Below, piece by piece: positions 1 through 11,693 of a DNA stretch of 64,000 nucleotides (positions within the stretch are counted from its first letter, which is position 1; the number at the start of each line of letters is the position of its first letter). Made by a program: the position numbers and the translations under genes. Origin of the DNA: Planktothrix sp. GU0601_MAG3 (GTDB lineage: Bacteria > Cyanobacteriota > Cyanobacteriia > Cyanobacteriales > Microcoleaceae); assembly GCA_035193785.1 (NCBI GenBank), contig CP136572.1, forward strand, positions 3,380,578 through 3,444,577, read 5' to 3'. Below the pieces are notes generated by a model. It saw nothing but the letters and a program-made list of their open reading frames with translations. It ran no database searches and was not told where the DNA came from.

Positions 1-89
1 TGGGGGTGAAATTATCGGCAAAATAGTATCTTTAAGATGGCGCTTAAGCGCAACAACGGCGCAACAACATATTTTAGGAGATTTTCAAC

Positions 90-1407
90 ATGGGAATTAT
101 CATTGCCTTATTAGGGGTTTTGGGATTAGGAAACCGGGGCGGGATTTTTAATTATTCGCAACCTATACTATATTTGCCAACCCAGTGAAGTGTTGATTTT
201 TGCTGGCAGTCGTAGCACTGTTGAAGGCGGAACAGACGTTGGTTATCGTTTGGTTAAGGGGGGAAGTAGTATTAGAATTCCTCTATTAGAAGATGCTTTT
301 CGGATGGATTTAACCAATATGATTATTGAGTTAAAAGTCTCCAATGCCTATTCTAAAGGAGGCATTCCGTTAACCGTTGAAGGGGTGGCTAATATTAAAA
401 TTGCTGGGGAAGAACCAACTATTCATAATGCCATTGAACGGTTATTAGGAAAGAGTCGGAAGGAAATTGAACAATTAGCAAAAGATACCTTAGAAGGGAA
501 TTTACGCGGTGTTTTAGCCAGTTTAACCCCGGAACAGGTGAATGGGGATAAATTAGCTTTTGCTAAGAGTTTATTAGTGGAAGCAGAAGATGATTTAGAA
601 AAGTTGGGGTTAGTGTTAGATACCTTGCAGGTTCAAAATATCTTTGATGAAGTGGGATATTTGGATTCTATTGGGAGAAAACAACGGGCAGATTTATTCC
701 GAGATTCCCGAATTGCTGAGGCTAAAGCCCATGCAGAATCAATTATCCAAACCGCAGAAAATGAAAAAAATACTTCTTTGAAAAAGTTAGAAACGGATAT
801 TGAAGTTGCCAAAGCTGAGGCAGAAAGACGGGTTAAGGATGCCGTGACTAAACGACAGGCTGTAATTGCAGAATCGGAGTCGGAAACGGCTTCTAAGGTG
901 GCAAAAACCCAGGCTCAGGTGTTAGTTCAGCAAGCCCGAATTAAGCAGGTCGAACAACAGTTACAGGCGGATGTCGTAGCACCGGCGGAGGCTCAGTGTA
1001 AACGGGCTATGGCGGAAGCAAAAGGGAATGCGTCTCAAATATTAGAAGCGGGAAAAGCTCAAGCGGAAGCAACTAAAAGATTAGCTGAATCTTGGAAGTT
1101 AGCGGGGTCAAATGCCCGGGAGATTTTCCTATATCAAAAATTAGAAGTATTGTTAAAAACTATTGTGGAAACTGTTCCTAAAGTGGAAGTGGATAATGTT
1201 ACCATTGTCAATAGTCAGCAAGGAGGAAGCGCGACAAAGTTAGCCGCCTTTTTAACGGAATTGAAGCAAACCACTGGGATTGATTTGGCGGAAACTATTG
1301 AAACTATGAGTCGAAATCATTCCCCATCCCAACCGATTCCTCCGATTGTCCCTCAACTGTTAAAATCAGTCTCTAAAAATTCCCCCGAATCTGATTTGGA
1401 AACCTAA
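90..1407 (+). CDS. Flotillin/SPFH (band 7) family protein; apparent +1 frameshift at 131-133
   Basis: AGGAG RBS then ATG at 90 (MGIIIALLGVLGLG). Removing one A at GGAAAC joins it to ORF 190..1407, which has an SPFH domain (EGNLRGVLASLTPEQVN) and an AEA-rich coiled coil. Confidence 0.85.
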
Positions 1408-1507
1408 TTCTTTTGTAAATTAAACTGTAGGGGTGAGATATCCTCGCCCTGACTTTTAAGCTTAATAATCTGGATCTTAAGATAGCCCTGAAGGGCTTAC
1501 TACGGGG

Positions 1508-1912
1508 ATGAGACAATATCAATGGATTGTTTTTATCAGTTTAATTGCTTTAATTCCGATTGGATTAGGGAGTAAATTTTATCGAGGGCCTTTTGATTTA
1601 TGGTTTAATAATTCCGTTGGTGGGGTATTTTATGAAATGTTTTGGGTGCTTTTGGTGGTTTTAATCAAACCGAAATTATCCCCGGGATGGGTGGCATTTT
1701 GGGTATTTATTATTACTTCTAGTTTGGAATTTGCCCAACTCTGGAAACCGCCTTTTTTAGAAGTGATTCGAGCTAATTTATTGGGTCGTTTATTATTAGG
1801 AACAACCTTTTCCTGGTGGGATTTTCCCTATTATATAATTGGTTGTGGATTGGTTTGGTTAGGATTAAAATATCTGAAATCCTATTTAAAGTTATATAGT
1901 AATCCTAAATAG
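1508..1912 (+). CDS. DUF2809-like membrane protein
   Basis: Hydrophobic 134 aa ORF with the motif LEFAQL...LLGTTFSWWDF. Confidence 0.7.
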   Translation: MRQYQWIVFISLIALIPIGLGSKFYRGPFDLWFNNSVGGVFYEMFWVLLVVLIKPKLSPGWVAFWVFIITSSLEFAQLWKPPFLEVIRANLLGRLLLGTTFSWWDFPYYIIGCGLVWLGLKYLKSYLKLYSNPK

Positions 1913-2070
1913 GTTATAATATTTTAATCATTATACGAAATCCGAAACAGCCAGAATTATTATCTCTGTTCCCTGTTCCCAGATCCGGTGTTCCCTATTC
2001 CCTTTTGATCAGGAATAGGGGTAAGAAACAGGGTTTCTACAGAGATGTTGATCAACCCAATTTTAACTAA

Positions 2071-3797
2071 TTAATACTGGGTTCCCGTTTTCCGATAATG
2101 GACGGCTGTAACCCCCTCTGGATTCAATACCTGACCCTGATGAAACCGTGGCATAAATCACCCAATGATCGCCACATTCCATCCGATTTTTAACCTCACA
2201 ATCGAGATAGGCTAGGGCATCTTTTAGGATCAAACAACCACTAGATGTTTCTTCTGTTTCTAGGTCAACAAACCGATTTTCTCCGGGTTCAAATCGCTTG
2301 AGAAAATGTTTTCGCAGTTGTTTTCCTTCCTGCAAAATATTTAGAACAAAGCGATCGCCAATATGAGTTAAGGGTTCCAAGGCCCGATCCTTGGCCACCG
2401 CTACGGTAAACCCCGGAGGGTTGAAGGTCGCCTGGGACACCCAGGACGCTAACATGGCGCTGTACATCTCCCCCCGACGCCCGGAAACGACGCACAGGGA
2501 ACCCACCACACGCCCCAAGGCTTGGGCGGTGCGATCGGCCCCCGAGGAGGTAGCTGTGGGACGAAATGCCCGACGTTTTTGGGTGCGTTTGAGGGTTTGA
2601 GCAAAATCAATTGCCGCTTCTTTGCAGGTTTGTAGGGTGATATCCGTAGGAGCAAATTTTACTCGGATGGGTTCAAAACCAAATTTATAACCCGCATCTT
2701 TTAGGCGATTTTCTAATAAGTCAATTGCTTCTCCACTCCATCCATAGGAGCCAAATACTCCGGCTAATTTATTGGTTGAAGCTGTATTTAGAATCACTCC
2801 TAAAGCGGTTTGAATTTGGGTAGGAGCATGACCTCCTAATGTGGGAGAACCAATAATAAATCCATCACATTTTTCTAGGGCTTCTTGAATTTCTGAGGAT
2901 TTGGCATATTCACAATTAATTAATTCTACGGCGACATCGGATTTTGTTAATCCCTTGGCGATCGCTTGGGCAACTGTGGCGGTATTTCCATAGGCTGAGG
3001 CATATAATAATGCTACAGTTAAGTCTTGAGATTTCTGTTTTTCACTCCAATCTCGATATAGATTTGTTAGTTCGGTTTTGCCATGTTTAACTAACGGCCC
3101 ATGACCGGTTTCCATAGAATTTAATTGGGGGTAATTCCTTGATTTTATCGAGGATAGAAATAACTTGTTTGGCTTGGGCTGCATGAAGACAGTCATAATA
3201 AAACCGCCGATCATCGCTATACACTGACCAGCCCTCATCAAAGACTTGATCGCCGCAAACGTGCGCCCCAAATAGCTTATCGGAGAATAAAATTTCCGTG
3301 GCTTGATCATAGGTTAAAAGGGAATCAGGCCAGCGAGGAGTGGGAGTTAAAACAAACTGCAATTGATGACCTTGACCTAAATCTAAGGTTTCTTCTCCTT
3401 TGATGGTTAAAATTTTTAAGTTGTTGTTTGCAAAATATTCTCGTAATGCTAGGGCGGCTGGATTTGAACAAACGAATGTTACATCGGGTGATAATTCTAA
3501 TAAAGCCTTTAATGTTGCCCCTCGATTAGCATTAAAGTGACCCAAAATAATATAATCCAACTGTTCCAAATTCCTGCGAGTTTGTAACGCTTCAATATAA
3601 TTTTGGGTAAAGGATTCTCCGGGGGGATCAATAATTGCAGTTTGATCGGCTTCAATAATATAACTGTTCGCCGTTGTTCCCCGTTGCAGGGAATATTCAA
3701 CTTCAAATTTTAACCGATCCCAAGTGCGCGATCGCACGACTTTGGTATTGTCTCCAATTAAAAAAACTTGAACATCCCGTGGTTTTTGATTATCCAT
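2071..3797 (-). CDS. flv1: Flavodiiron protein, Flv1-type (non-canonical iron ligands); frameshifts at ~3110 and ~2144
   Basis: Metallo-beta-lactamase-like, flavodoxin (YASAYGNT) and flavin reductase domains. HFNANR replaces HxExDH. The corrected C-terminus ends VHYRKTGTQY. Confidence 0.8.
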
Positions 3798-3946
3798 AAT
3801 CTTATCTTAAAAAACGTTTTTTGATCTCTCTTAAGCCTTAATAATTAATCCTCCTACCTCCCCTTCTCCCCCTTCTCCCCTGCCCCCCTGCTCCCCCTGC
3901 TCTTATTAAGAGTGGGGGATCTAATCAGGGTTAATTCTAATCAGGG

Positions 3947-5680
3947 TTAATAATGATTTCCGACTTTGCGATGGTGAACCGCAGGTAGCACATCTGGATC
4001 ACTAACTCGTCCATTATCAACGGTGGCGTAAACAAGCCAATGATCACTTAACTCCATCCGACTTTGGACTTGACATTCTAAATAGGCTAGGGAATCTGTT
4101 AGAATCGGACTGCCATTATTAGCGGTTTGGGTATTAATTCCCTCAAACCGATCCGCACCCGGAGTAAATCGTTTTAAGAAGTGTCTCATCAGTTTTTGAT
4201 AATTACTTTCTGCCAAAACATTCAGCACAAATTTATCATCAACCTGCATTAAGGCTTCAATGGCTCGATCCTTAGCAACGGCAATAGTTAATCCTAATGG
4301 TTGAAAACTCGCCTGAGTCACCCAGGAGGCTAACATCGCACTACTGACTTCTCCTTTTTGAGCCGTAATAATATACAATCCACCGCTTAGGCGTCCCATG
4401 GCTTTATCTAAGTTACTATCCAGGGATTTCATCTGCTTAACGGTTTTATCTCGACTCAACCATTGTCCGATATCCGTGCCCGCTTCGTCGCAGGTTTGAT
4501 AGGTGGTATCTTGAGGCGTTTCCGTAATCCGAATTGAAGGAAATGCTTGCTTTAATCCAGCGTCATTGAGTTTAACTTGCAACGGATATAAGGATAAATC
4601 ATTTCCGCCTCCCGACTCGTATAAACCGTAGGATTGTTTATTATGAGCCGATGCAATAATGGTGTTAATGGTTTCTCCTGCGAGTTCCGAACCTACACCC
4701 GAAACCGGGGGCATTCCGATCACAAATCCCGCAGAAAACCCATTACTAATTCCCGCACTTCCGTGGCTTCAGATGTTCGTAAATCCATCATTTCCACGGC
4801 AACACCTGTTTTTGTAATCCCGTGGGCGATGGCTTGGGAGAGGCGATCGCTATAACCATAGTCGGAGAAATAAAACACCGCTACAGTAGTTTCAGATTTA
4901 GTTTGTTCGTGACTCCATTTCCAATAACGTCCTTTTAATTCTTCTAAATTATGCCGTAATAACGGGCCGTGTCCCGTGGCAATTGTGGTAATTTCTCCTA
5001 AAGGTTCCATGCGTTTAATCGCATTAATTACCGAACGAGCATTAGGAGCCATCAAACACTCATAATAAAAGTGAAAATCCGGTTCAATTGCTGCTAAGTT
5101 CTCATCGTAGGTTTGATCGGAACAATAGTGCATTCCAAACGCATCGCAAGTAAATAGGGTTTGGCTTTTCCGATCAAAGCTAAAAATTGTATCCGGCCAA
5201 TGTAAATTCGGGGAGGAAACAAATTCTAAAACATGATCATTTCCTAAATCTAAGGTATCGCCATTTTTAACTAATTGGCGTTGAAAGGGCGTATGGGTTA
5301 AATTTTCTAAAAATTGAATTGCTATTTTCGACCCCACAACCGTAACATTGGGAGCGAGTTCTAAGATATCTTTAACCAAGCCACTGTGATCGGGTTCGGT
5401 ATGACTAATAATTAAATAGTCAATATCCGCAGGATTAATTAATCCCTTGAGTGTATCTAAATATAGTTGCCGGAATTTGGCATGGGATGTGTCAACGAGG
5501 GCGATTTTTTCCCCTCGAATGATAAATGAATTATAGGTTGTACCGTTTTGCAGGCCAAATTCTATATCAAATCTGTCCCGATCCCAGTCCAGGGAAACGA
5601 ATAGCAGTGGTATCAGCAGCAATCTCTTGAACTTCAATTGTTAAACGATTTTGTTTTACACGATCAGTGAGGGCTACCAT
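3947..5680 (-). CDS. flv3: Flavodiiron protein, Flv3-type; frameshifts at ~5596 and ~4736
   Basis: ATG at 5680 (MVALTDRV), canonical HTEPDH, HWPD and CDAFG motifs, C-terminal flavin reductase ending HHRKVGNHY. Confidence 0.82.
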
Positions 5681-5851
5681 TCATGACCTCCCTAGATAAT
5701 TGGTTATGACTTTTTAAGTTGTGATTCTATTGTGGCACGGATTAATGGTAAAGATTTATTAAAAAACCTATCACCCAGTTAAGATTTGCAAAAGTAAAGT
5801 TATTGATGGTTGGCGAGTGTCCTGGCTCCCCTGGCTTTTTCGGCCCCCATC

Positions 5852-5890
5852 TTTACAAAACCTTAACAATTGCTGACAAATTTTTACAAA
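5852..5890. promoter_or_regulatory. HLR1-like (RpaB) direct repeats
   Basis: TTTACAAA / TTAACAAT / CTGACAAA / TTTACAAA at 10-11 bp periodicity, between the flv3 start and a + strand promoter. Confidence 0.45.
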
Positions 5891-5907
5891 ATTTTCAAAT
5901 AGGGGGC

Positions 5908-5995
5908 TTGACCCCTCACCTAGAAAAAGTTATATTGTGGTATGTAGATGCACCCTGATGGTAGGGAGAGTTGCCAAGGTGACTCTCTTTTTTTT
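5908..5995 (+). ncRNA. Candidate sRNA (NsrR1-like) with promoter and intrinsic terminator
   Basis: TTGACC-17 nt-TATATT at 5908-5936, then TGTAGATGCACCCTGAT, hairpin GAGAGTTGCC/GGTGACTCTC and a T-run. Confidence 0.5.
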
Positions 5996-6614
5996 ATCCC
6001 ATTGCGGAACGGCCCTGTTTCCCTAATTTAAAGAAGACAAAATAACCCAAATAAAGAATATAAACGGCTAAACCCACCAAAGCAAAGAAGCCTAAAAACT
6101 GAGGGGTCAAATTAGGACTAAAAGTTTGTCGATATAACCAGGGAGGATCTAGCCAAATCCGGCAAGTTGCATCCGCGATTAACTCTTTTTGACCTTGAGA
6201 AAATCCACAATGTACAACCGGAATTAAAGCGATCGCACCCAAAAGATTATAAACCGTCGCCGCCCAACGCCAAGCAGTAAAGAGCAACTTCAGACCGGAA
6301 TTAGGCATTTCTGAAACTTCCTCATTCAGATCCACCCAAAACCAGAGGGAAATCGGAATTAAAACCCGCGCCATCAGCAAGGTCAGAAAACCAATTGGGA
6401 GGGCAGCAACCATTAAATACAAACTAATAATCAACAAACTAGCAACCCGCAAATAGGTGATCATTAAGTGTTGAATGGCTTCAACTTTCTGAACAAAAGA
6501 CCAAACAAAGATCACCAAGGGAATAATCAGTGCAAATATAACCGCCAGCCGATAGTCCGTCCATACCAACGGTTGTAACCAGGAAGATTCGACGGCTAGT
6601 AAACAATTAAACAT
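5994..6614 (-). CDS. DUF3177-family cyanobacterial membrane protein
   Basis: Motifs LVWTDYRLAV, SLWFWVDLNEE and C-terminal KQGRSA. Confidence 0.8.
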   Translation of the reverse strand: MFNCLLAVESSWLQPLVWTDYRLAVIFALIIPLVIFVWSFVQKVEAIQHLMITYLRVASLLIISLYLMVAALPIGFLTLLMARVLIPISLWFWVDLNEEVSEMPNSGLKLLFTAWRWAATVYNLLGAIALIPVVHCGFSQGQKELIADATCRIWLDPPWLYRQTFSPNLTPQFLGFFALVGLAVYILYLGYFVFFKLGKQGRSAMG

Positions 6615-6647
6615 CCTAAATTATGAAATCCAATAAAGAAAAATTAA

Positions 6648-6683
6648 GCAACTGGGTTAACTCAGGTTAACTCTCAGTTGCTG
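6648..6683 (-). terminator. Hairpin downstream of cp12
   Basis: AGCAACTG...TTAAC...GTTAAC...CAGTTGCT inverted repeat. Confidence 0.45.
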
Positions 6684-6722
6684 ATTAATTAACAAACACT
6701 AGACAGCCTAAAAAACAACTAA

Positions 6723-6944
6723 TTAGTCTTCATAAAGCCGACATTCAGCGGCATCAGGGTGATCGTTGCAATAGACTTCAAAAGAGCTTTGCGGTTTTTC
6801 TTGTTTTTGGTGTGAAGCTTCCGCTTGTAATTCTTCCACCGCATCCCAAGCTGCTGCACATTCTTTAGAGGTGGCTCCGCTGACGTCACAGACTGTGCGA
6901 GCTTCCACTAGTTCTTTCTCGATGAGTTCGTTGATTTTGTTCAT
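6723..6944 (-). CDS. cp12: Calvin cycle regulatory protein CP12
   Basis: Core CAAAWDAVEELQAE and C-terminal YC..HPDAAECRLYED. Confidence 0.95.
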   Translation of the reverse strand: MNKINELIEKELVEARTVCDVSGATSKECAAAWDAVEELQAEASHQKQEKPQSSFEVYCNDHPDAAECRLYED

Positions 6945-7226
6945 AAACCTTGCGTTTAATCTAATCTACATAAGTACAGGTTCCAATCCCACTTTAGAAC
7001 ATTGAGTAAGGATTACCCACTTTGTCCTTTTTGTCCGGCTAGTGCCGATCAAGTTGGGATTTCCTTCCTACTGTAATACATCAGTTTAAAATGTGAACCA
7101 CCTAAACTAACAATTTGGTGCAGTGTGGGCTTCCAGATTTGCAATTGATCAAACATTGCATCTGCTGTATTTCCACACAATCTGCTATCTTAGCACAAGA
7201 GAGCAGACTATTGAGGGAGGGCGAAG

Positions 7227-8507
7227 ATGGCGGAATCGACAACCAAACCTATGCGCTGGGTTAGTGCTTTATCTCAACGTCCTTCCTTAGAAGCGGCGGT
7301 GAAGGAGGTTGTGGAAATTACTCAAGATGCCTTACGAGCTTCTCCAGACCTAGGCTTAGTCTTTATTTCCTCGGCCTTTAGCAGTGAATATTCCCGACTG
7401 ATGCCCTTACTCCAAGAACACCTGAAGCTTCCCACCCTGATTGGTTGTGGTGCCGGGGGCGTGATTGGCATGAATTCCGATTACCAGGCGGAGGAAATCG
7501 AGGGAGAACCAGCCCTGAGTCTGACCTTAGCCCATTTACCTGGTGTTGAAATCCATCCGTTTCACTTATCGGCTGATGATTTGCCCGATTTGGACAGTTC
7601 CCCGGATCGGTGGGTGGAATTAATTGGTGTCAAACCCGAAGATCAGCCACAATTTATCCTGTTAGTTGATCCCTACTTTGGCCAAATCAATGATTTTTTA
7701 CAGGGCTTAGATTATGCCTACCCGGGTTCGGTGAAAGTGGGAGGACTGGCCAGTGCTGGGGTCATGGGAGGGGGAACGGGGGTATTTTCCGATTCCAAAC
7801 GTCACCCGGAAGAAATTGTCGGCTTGGCGTTGTCTGGCAATATTCTGATTGAAACCATTGTTGCCCAGGGTTGTCGCCCCATTGGAGATCCCTACCGCGT
7901 AACCAAGGCTGAACGCAATATTGTCTTGGAAGTAGAAACGCCATCGGAAGATTCCCCCCTGGAAACCACTTCTGCCGTTTCTGTGCGCCTATCTCCCTTG
8001 GAAGCATTGCAAGATTTGGTACAGCAATTGAGCGAAGAAGATCGACAACTGGCTCAACATTCGTTGTTTATTGGGGTGGTGCGGGATGAATTCAAACAGA
8101 TCTTGGAACCGGGAGATTTTTTAATTCGGAATTTAATTGGGGTTGATCCCAAGGCTGGGGCGATTGCCATTGGCGATCGGGTTCGTCCCGGACAACGGAT
8201 TCAATTTCACCTCAGAGATGCTCGGACTTCGGCAGAGGATTTAGAATTATTAATAGAACGTTATCAACGGCAGGCTTCTTCTTTTCCCCAAGGAGTCACA
8301 AATGCCGGGGCATTGATGTTTTCCTGTTTAGGACGAGGAGAAGGACTTTATGGGGAAGCGGATTTCGACTCCCGACTGTTCCGACGGTGTTTTAATATTC
8401 CCTTGAGTGGCTTTTTCTGCAATGGTGAAATTGGCCCGGTGGGAAATGCCACGTTTCTACACGGTTATACCTCGGTTTTTGGAATTTTTAGGCAGAAAAA
8501 CTATTAA
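7227..8507 (+). CDS. FIST signal transduction protein
   Basis: Motifs GGLAS, VAQGCRPIG, FSCLGRG and GFFCNGEIGP. Confidence 0.9.
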   Translation: MAESTTKPMRWVSALSQRPSLEAAVKEVVEITQDALRASPDLGLVFISSAFSSEYSRLMPLLQEHLKLPTLIGCGAGGVIGMNSDYQAEEIEGEPALSLTLAHLPGVEIHPFHLSADDLPDLDSSPDRWVELIGVKPEDQPQFILLVDPYFGQINDFLQGLDYAYPGSVKVGGLASAGVMGGGTGVFSDSKRHPEEIVGLALSGNILIETIVAQGCRPIGDPYRVTKAERNIVLEVETPSEDSPLETTSAVSVRLSPLEALQDLVQQLSEEDRQLAQHSLFIGVVRDEFKQILEPGDFLIRNLIGVDPKAGAIAIGDRVRPGQRIQFHLRDARTSAEDLELLIERYQRQASSFPQGVTNAGALMFSCLGRGEGLYGEADFDSRLFRRCFNIPLSGFFCNGEIGPVGNATFLHGYTSVFGIFRQKNY

Positions 8508-8551
8508 TTAATATCGATTCGATATTTGTAAAAACTCGGTGTTTGAAGTTT

Positions 8552-9151
8552 ATGCAGGAAGATTCAAAACGGCTTTCAGTTTTAACACAACTGTTTACAG
8601 TCGGCATTGATCGGGCAGATATCATGTTAGAAATGATCTCCCGATCGCCGATTAAGTTAAAGTTACTATCCGTGGATTTATTCCCCCCGCAACGGTTACC
8701 GATGCACTTGGAAAAATTGGTGGGTTTCCAGGGAATAAAAGCTGTAGAAATGACATTTACAGGAGAGTTTCAAGGGAATACTCAACTGATATTTCCTCAA
8801 AAAACTGCGGCAATATTAATTGATTTGATTGAAAGTGAAGATCGGCGTAAATTAGATAAGGGGGCTTTTGAAAAAGCCATTTTTAGTGAAGTGGGAAATA
8901 TTTTTTATAATGGCATCATGGGAGTGATTAGTACCCTCTGTGAATATGGAATTACCTATATGATTCCTAAATATAAGGAAGGAGATCTCAGAAGTATATT
9001 ATTAGGGAGTTTATCTCCTAAATATTCAATTGCTTTGATGGGAACTATTGAATTGTTCAAAGATCGAAATTTAGTCTTCTGGTTTCAATTTGATACCCTG
9101 GAAAAACTATTGGAAAAAAGCAATAATCTGGGGGATTATTTTGATGTTTAA
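8552..9151 (+). CDS. CheC-like chemotaxis phosphatase family protein
   Basis: F.GEFQG...LIFP and the CheC motif SEVGNI. Confidence 0.65.
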   Translation: MQEDSKRLSVLTQLFTVGIDRADIMLEMISRSPIKLKLLSVDLFPPQRLPMHLEKLVGFQGIKAVEMTFTGEFQGNTQLIFPQKTAAILIDLIESEDRRKLDKGAFEKAIFSEVGNIFYNGIMGVISTLCEYGITYMIPKYKEGDLRSILLGSLSPKYSIALMGTIELFKDRNLVFWFQFDTLEKLLEKSNNLGDYFDV

Positions 9152-9156
9152 TCATA

Positions 9157-9222
9157 GGGAAGGGAATGGGGAATGGGGAATGGGTAATGGGTAATGGGTA
9201 ATGGGTAATGGGGAATAGGGAA
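9157..9222. repeat. Heptamer short tandem repeat (GGGAATG/GGGTAAT)
   Basis: Tandem heptamers between convergent genes. Confidence 0.9.
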
Positions 9223-10309
9223 TTAAGATAAAACTAACTGAGCAAAATTATCAATTTGATCTGTAGCACTAAATTCTTCAAAGTAACTACGCACGGAGGG
9301 GGGAAACAGTTCAAAATTGAATTGTGTATCTCCATTGGCAATATCCGCCCAAAAATAACGCAGATGGGGAACTATTTTTTCTGCTTCTTGATGGGTTAAT
9401 TTTAACGGAGGATTAGTTAATAGTTTCATCATAAAGGGAAAAGAACGTTTCCCCCATCCATTCCCGGGATTTTAAGGGTAAATCCGGCCAATCTTCAACG
9501 GCGGTAATCCGATGGGATTCTATTTTTAAAACAGGTTTTCCCTGAGAATTAGTATGAACATGAATCACGCGATAGGGATGGGGATAACTAACTAATGATC
9601 CGGTTGTAATATCATAAATTCCTTGCCATTGGGCAATATCTTGAACGTGCAAATGTCCGGTAAAAACTAACCGCACCCCGGCTTGTTTTAAAATTTCTAA
9701 AAAACGCGGAGCATTTTCTAACATATATCGTCGCCCTAAAGGATTCGTCGCCTGTCCGGGTAAATGTTCAATCACATTATGATGAATCATCACGAAAACT
9801 AATTTATTTTCGACTTGAGATAACACCTGTTCTAACCACTCTAACTGTTGTTCTTCTAAACAGCCTATTTGATTGCCGTGGCTATCAAAATGATTGGAAT
9901 TTAACCCAATTAATTGTAACCCGGGTAAAATTTCCTGGGTATAATCTAAACCTTGGTGATTTTCATAGCCAAAAGCTCGATAATATTGGGGAAATTCCTT
10001 TAATCCAATGGAATTTTTATGGCTTTCTAAGGCTGGAATATCATGGTTTCCAGGAATTACATAGACTGGATAGGGCAGTTGGCTTAATCGTTGACTTAAC
10101 CATTGATGATTTTCCCGTTCTCCATGTTGAGTTAAATCCCCGGGTAGGAGTAGAAAATCTAAATCTAATTCCCCTAAATGGTCTAATGCCAATTCTAAAG
10201 CCGGGATACTCACTTCCACTAAATGGAAACGATGGGGATGCTCCCATATTGTTTGAGGTAGGGCAATATGCAAGTCACTGACAATGGCAAATTTAAAATT
10301 TAAGTTCAT
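9223..10309 (-). CDS. Metallophosphoesterase; frameshift at ~9449
   Basis: Motifs DLH, GD, GNHD, HH and GHLH. One-base correction joins ORF 9223..9432. Confidence 0.85.
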
Positions 10310-10566
10310 AAATCAATCAGCAAAAGGGCGAACAAAAAAGGTATTACTCGATGCAATAATTGACAAAATCAAGTTATCATTAAAAGTCCATTATTTTATT
10401 GGATGGGATTTGATCTCTTTACTAAAAGAATATAGCGAAATTTATCCCATTTTTTAAAGAATATTAATAATTTTAACATTACTTCATTATCCTCTGCCGA
10501 AACTTAAACTGTCAGATGTTTTTATTTTTACGGATAAAATTGATATCGCCTGAAAAGGCGTGTATT

Positions 10567-10582
10567 TGTAATTTTTAATACA
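10567..10582 (+). promoter_or_regulatory. Putative NtcA box
   Basis: TGTA-N8-TACA upstream of the small ORF at 10720. The downstream -10 box is imperfect. Confidence 0.35.
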
Positions 10583-10719
10583 ACAGCAACGGATTTTTGA
10601 AGGTATACAACCCGTATATGTACTCATTTCTTAACATAACTCTAACATAAAGTTAAAATTATTTAAGAAATGTAATACAATGGTTAAATAATTGTTAAGG
10701 ATTTTTAGCAGTATTATCG

Positions 10720-11008
10720 ATGCACAAAGACTATTATGGCTTGTTGATCTCCACCCTCAGTCTTCGCCATCGCTGGAAATGGCAAATTATTCTCCCCTAT
10801 GGCGAATATTTGACCTCCGACGAAGACTACGCCTCCGCAGAAGAAGCACTCCAGGAAGGAAAATCTTGGTTAGAAACGGAAGTCAGCGTTTAATGCGATT
10901 AATAGCTGTCTGGCTCAGTTTTATAGTTCAGGGGTACTTAATCCTTCGGAATACAGCAGTTTGATGGATTCTCTGCGGGGAATCACCGAACGCTGTTCAT
11001 CGGATTAA
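10720..11008 (+). CDS. Small hypothetical protein (~95 aa after a one-base correction near 10875-10882); not in the ORF track
   Basis: MHKDYYGLLIST...YASAEEALQEGKSWLE continues in the next frame as SAFNAINSCL...SSD*. Confidence 0.5.
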
Positions 11009-11691
11009 ATCGGTTTGAATTCATCAATCCAGCCTGTCCGAAAATGACCGATTTGATTGGCTTGCCAAATTTGACCACTATTAATATCTAAACCTGTTAA
11101 CCAACCTTGTCCATAAACCCAAGTATCAATACAAATGGCATAGCCTAAATTAACAGGTTTACCACTGGTTTGACGGGTATGACCACAAACCATAGTTTTT
11201 CCTGAAATATGGGGTTTTGCATGATGAAATTTTGCCCCAAATAATTGTTCTGTGGGTTGTTGATTTAAGGGAAGTTGGGGGTCAACATTGCCATGAACAA
11301 AAAAATGGTGTTCCGTTTCCCAATAATTCACACACAGGTTTTCCATAAATTCCCAATGGTGGGCGGGAATGGTTTCTAACTTAGGTTTTTTTCCGATAGT
11401 CGGATAGGAAGCCAAGGTTTGATCACCTCCCCATTTAAACCAAGCATCAAACTGTTGGGGGGAGTGACGCGCTTCTAACATCAGAATTTCGTGGTTTCCC
11501 CGCAGGGCGACTAACTTTCCGGTTTGATGCAGGGTAATCAATCTTTCCAGTACCCCGTTAGAATCTGGCCCTCGATCCACATAATCCCCTAGGGTAATGA
11601 TTAAATCATCCCCTTGAGGCTTAATCACAGATAGGAGAGTATCCCAAGCCATTGAACAGCCGTGAATATCCGCAATGGCAATAATTCGCAT
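11005..11691 (-). CDS. Ser/Thr protein phosphatase-like metallophosphoesterase (PrpA/ApaH-like)
   Basis: Motifs DIHG, GDYVDRG, RGNHE, GHT and IDT. Confidence 0.9.
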   Translation of the reverse strand: MRIIAIADIHGCSMAWDTLLSVIKPQGDDLIITLGDYVDRGPDSNGVLERLITLHQTGKLVALRGNHEILMLEARHSPQQFDAWFKWGGDQTLASYPTIGKKPKLETIPAHHWEFMENLCVNYWETEHHFFVHGNVDPQLPLNQQPTEQLFGAKFHHAKPHISGKTMVCGHTRQTSGKPVNLGYAICIDTWVYGQGWLTGLDINSGQIWQANQIGHFRTGWIDEFKPI

Positions 11692-11693
11692 AG

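Noticed and set aside
2380..2600. GC-rich patch inside flv1
   Set aside because: It encodes a normal in-frame linker and flavin reductase segment, with no boundaries suggesting an insertion
7090..7135. Possible degenerate IS200/IS605-like end (GTGAACCACC...GGGCTTCC)
   Set aside because: It is too short and degenerate, with no transposase or partner end visible
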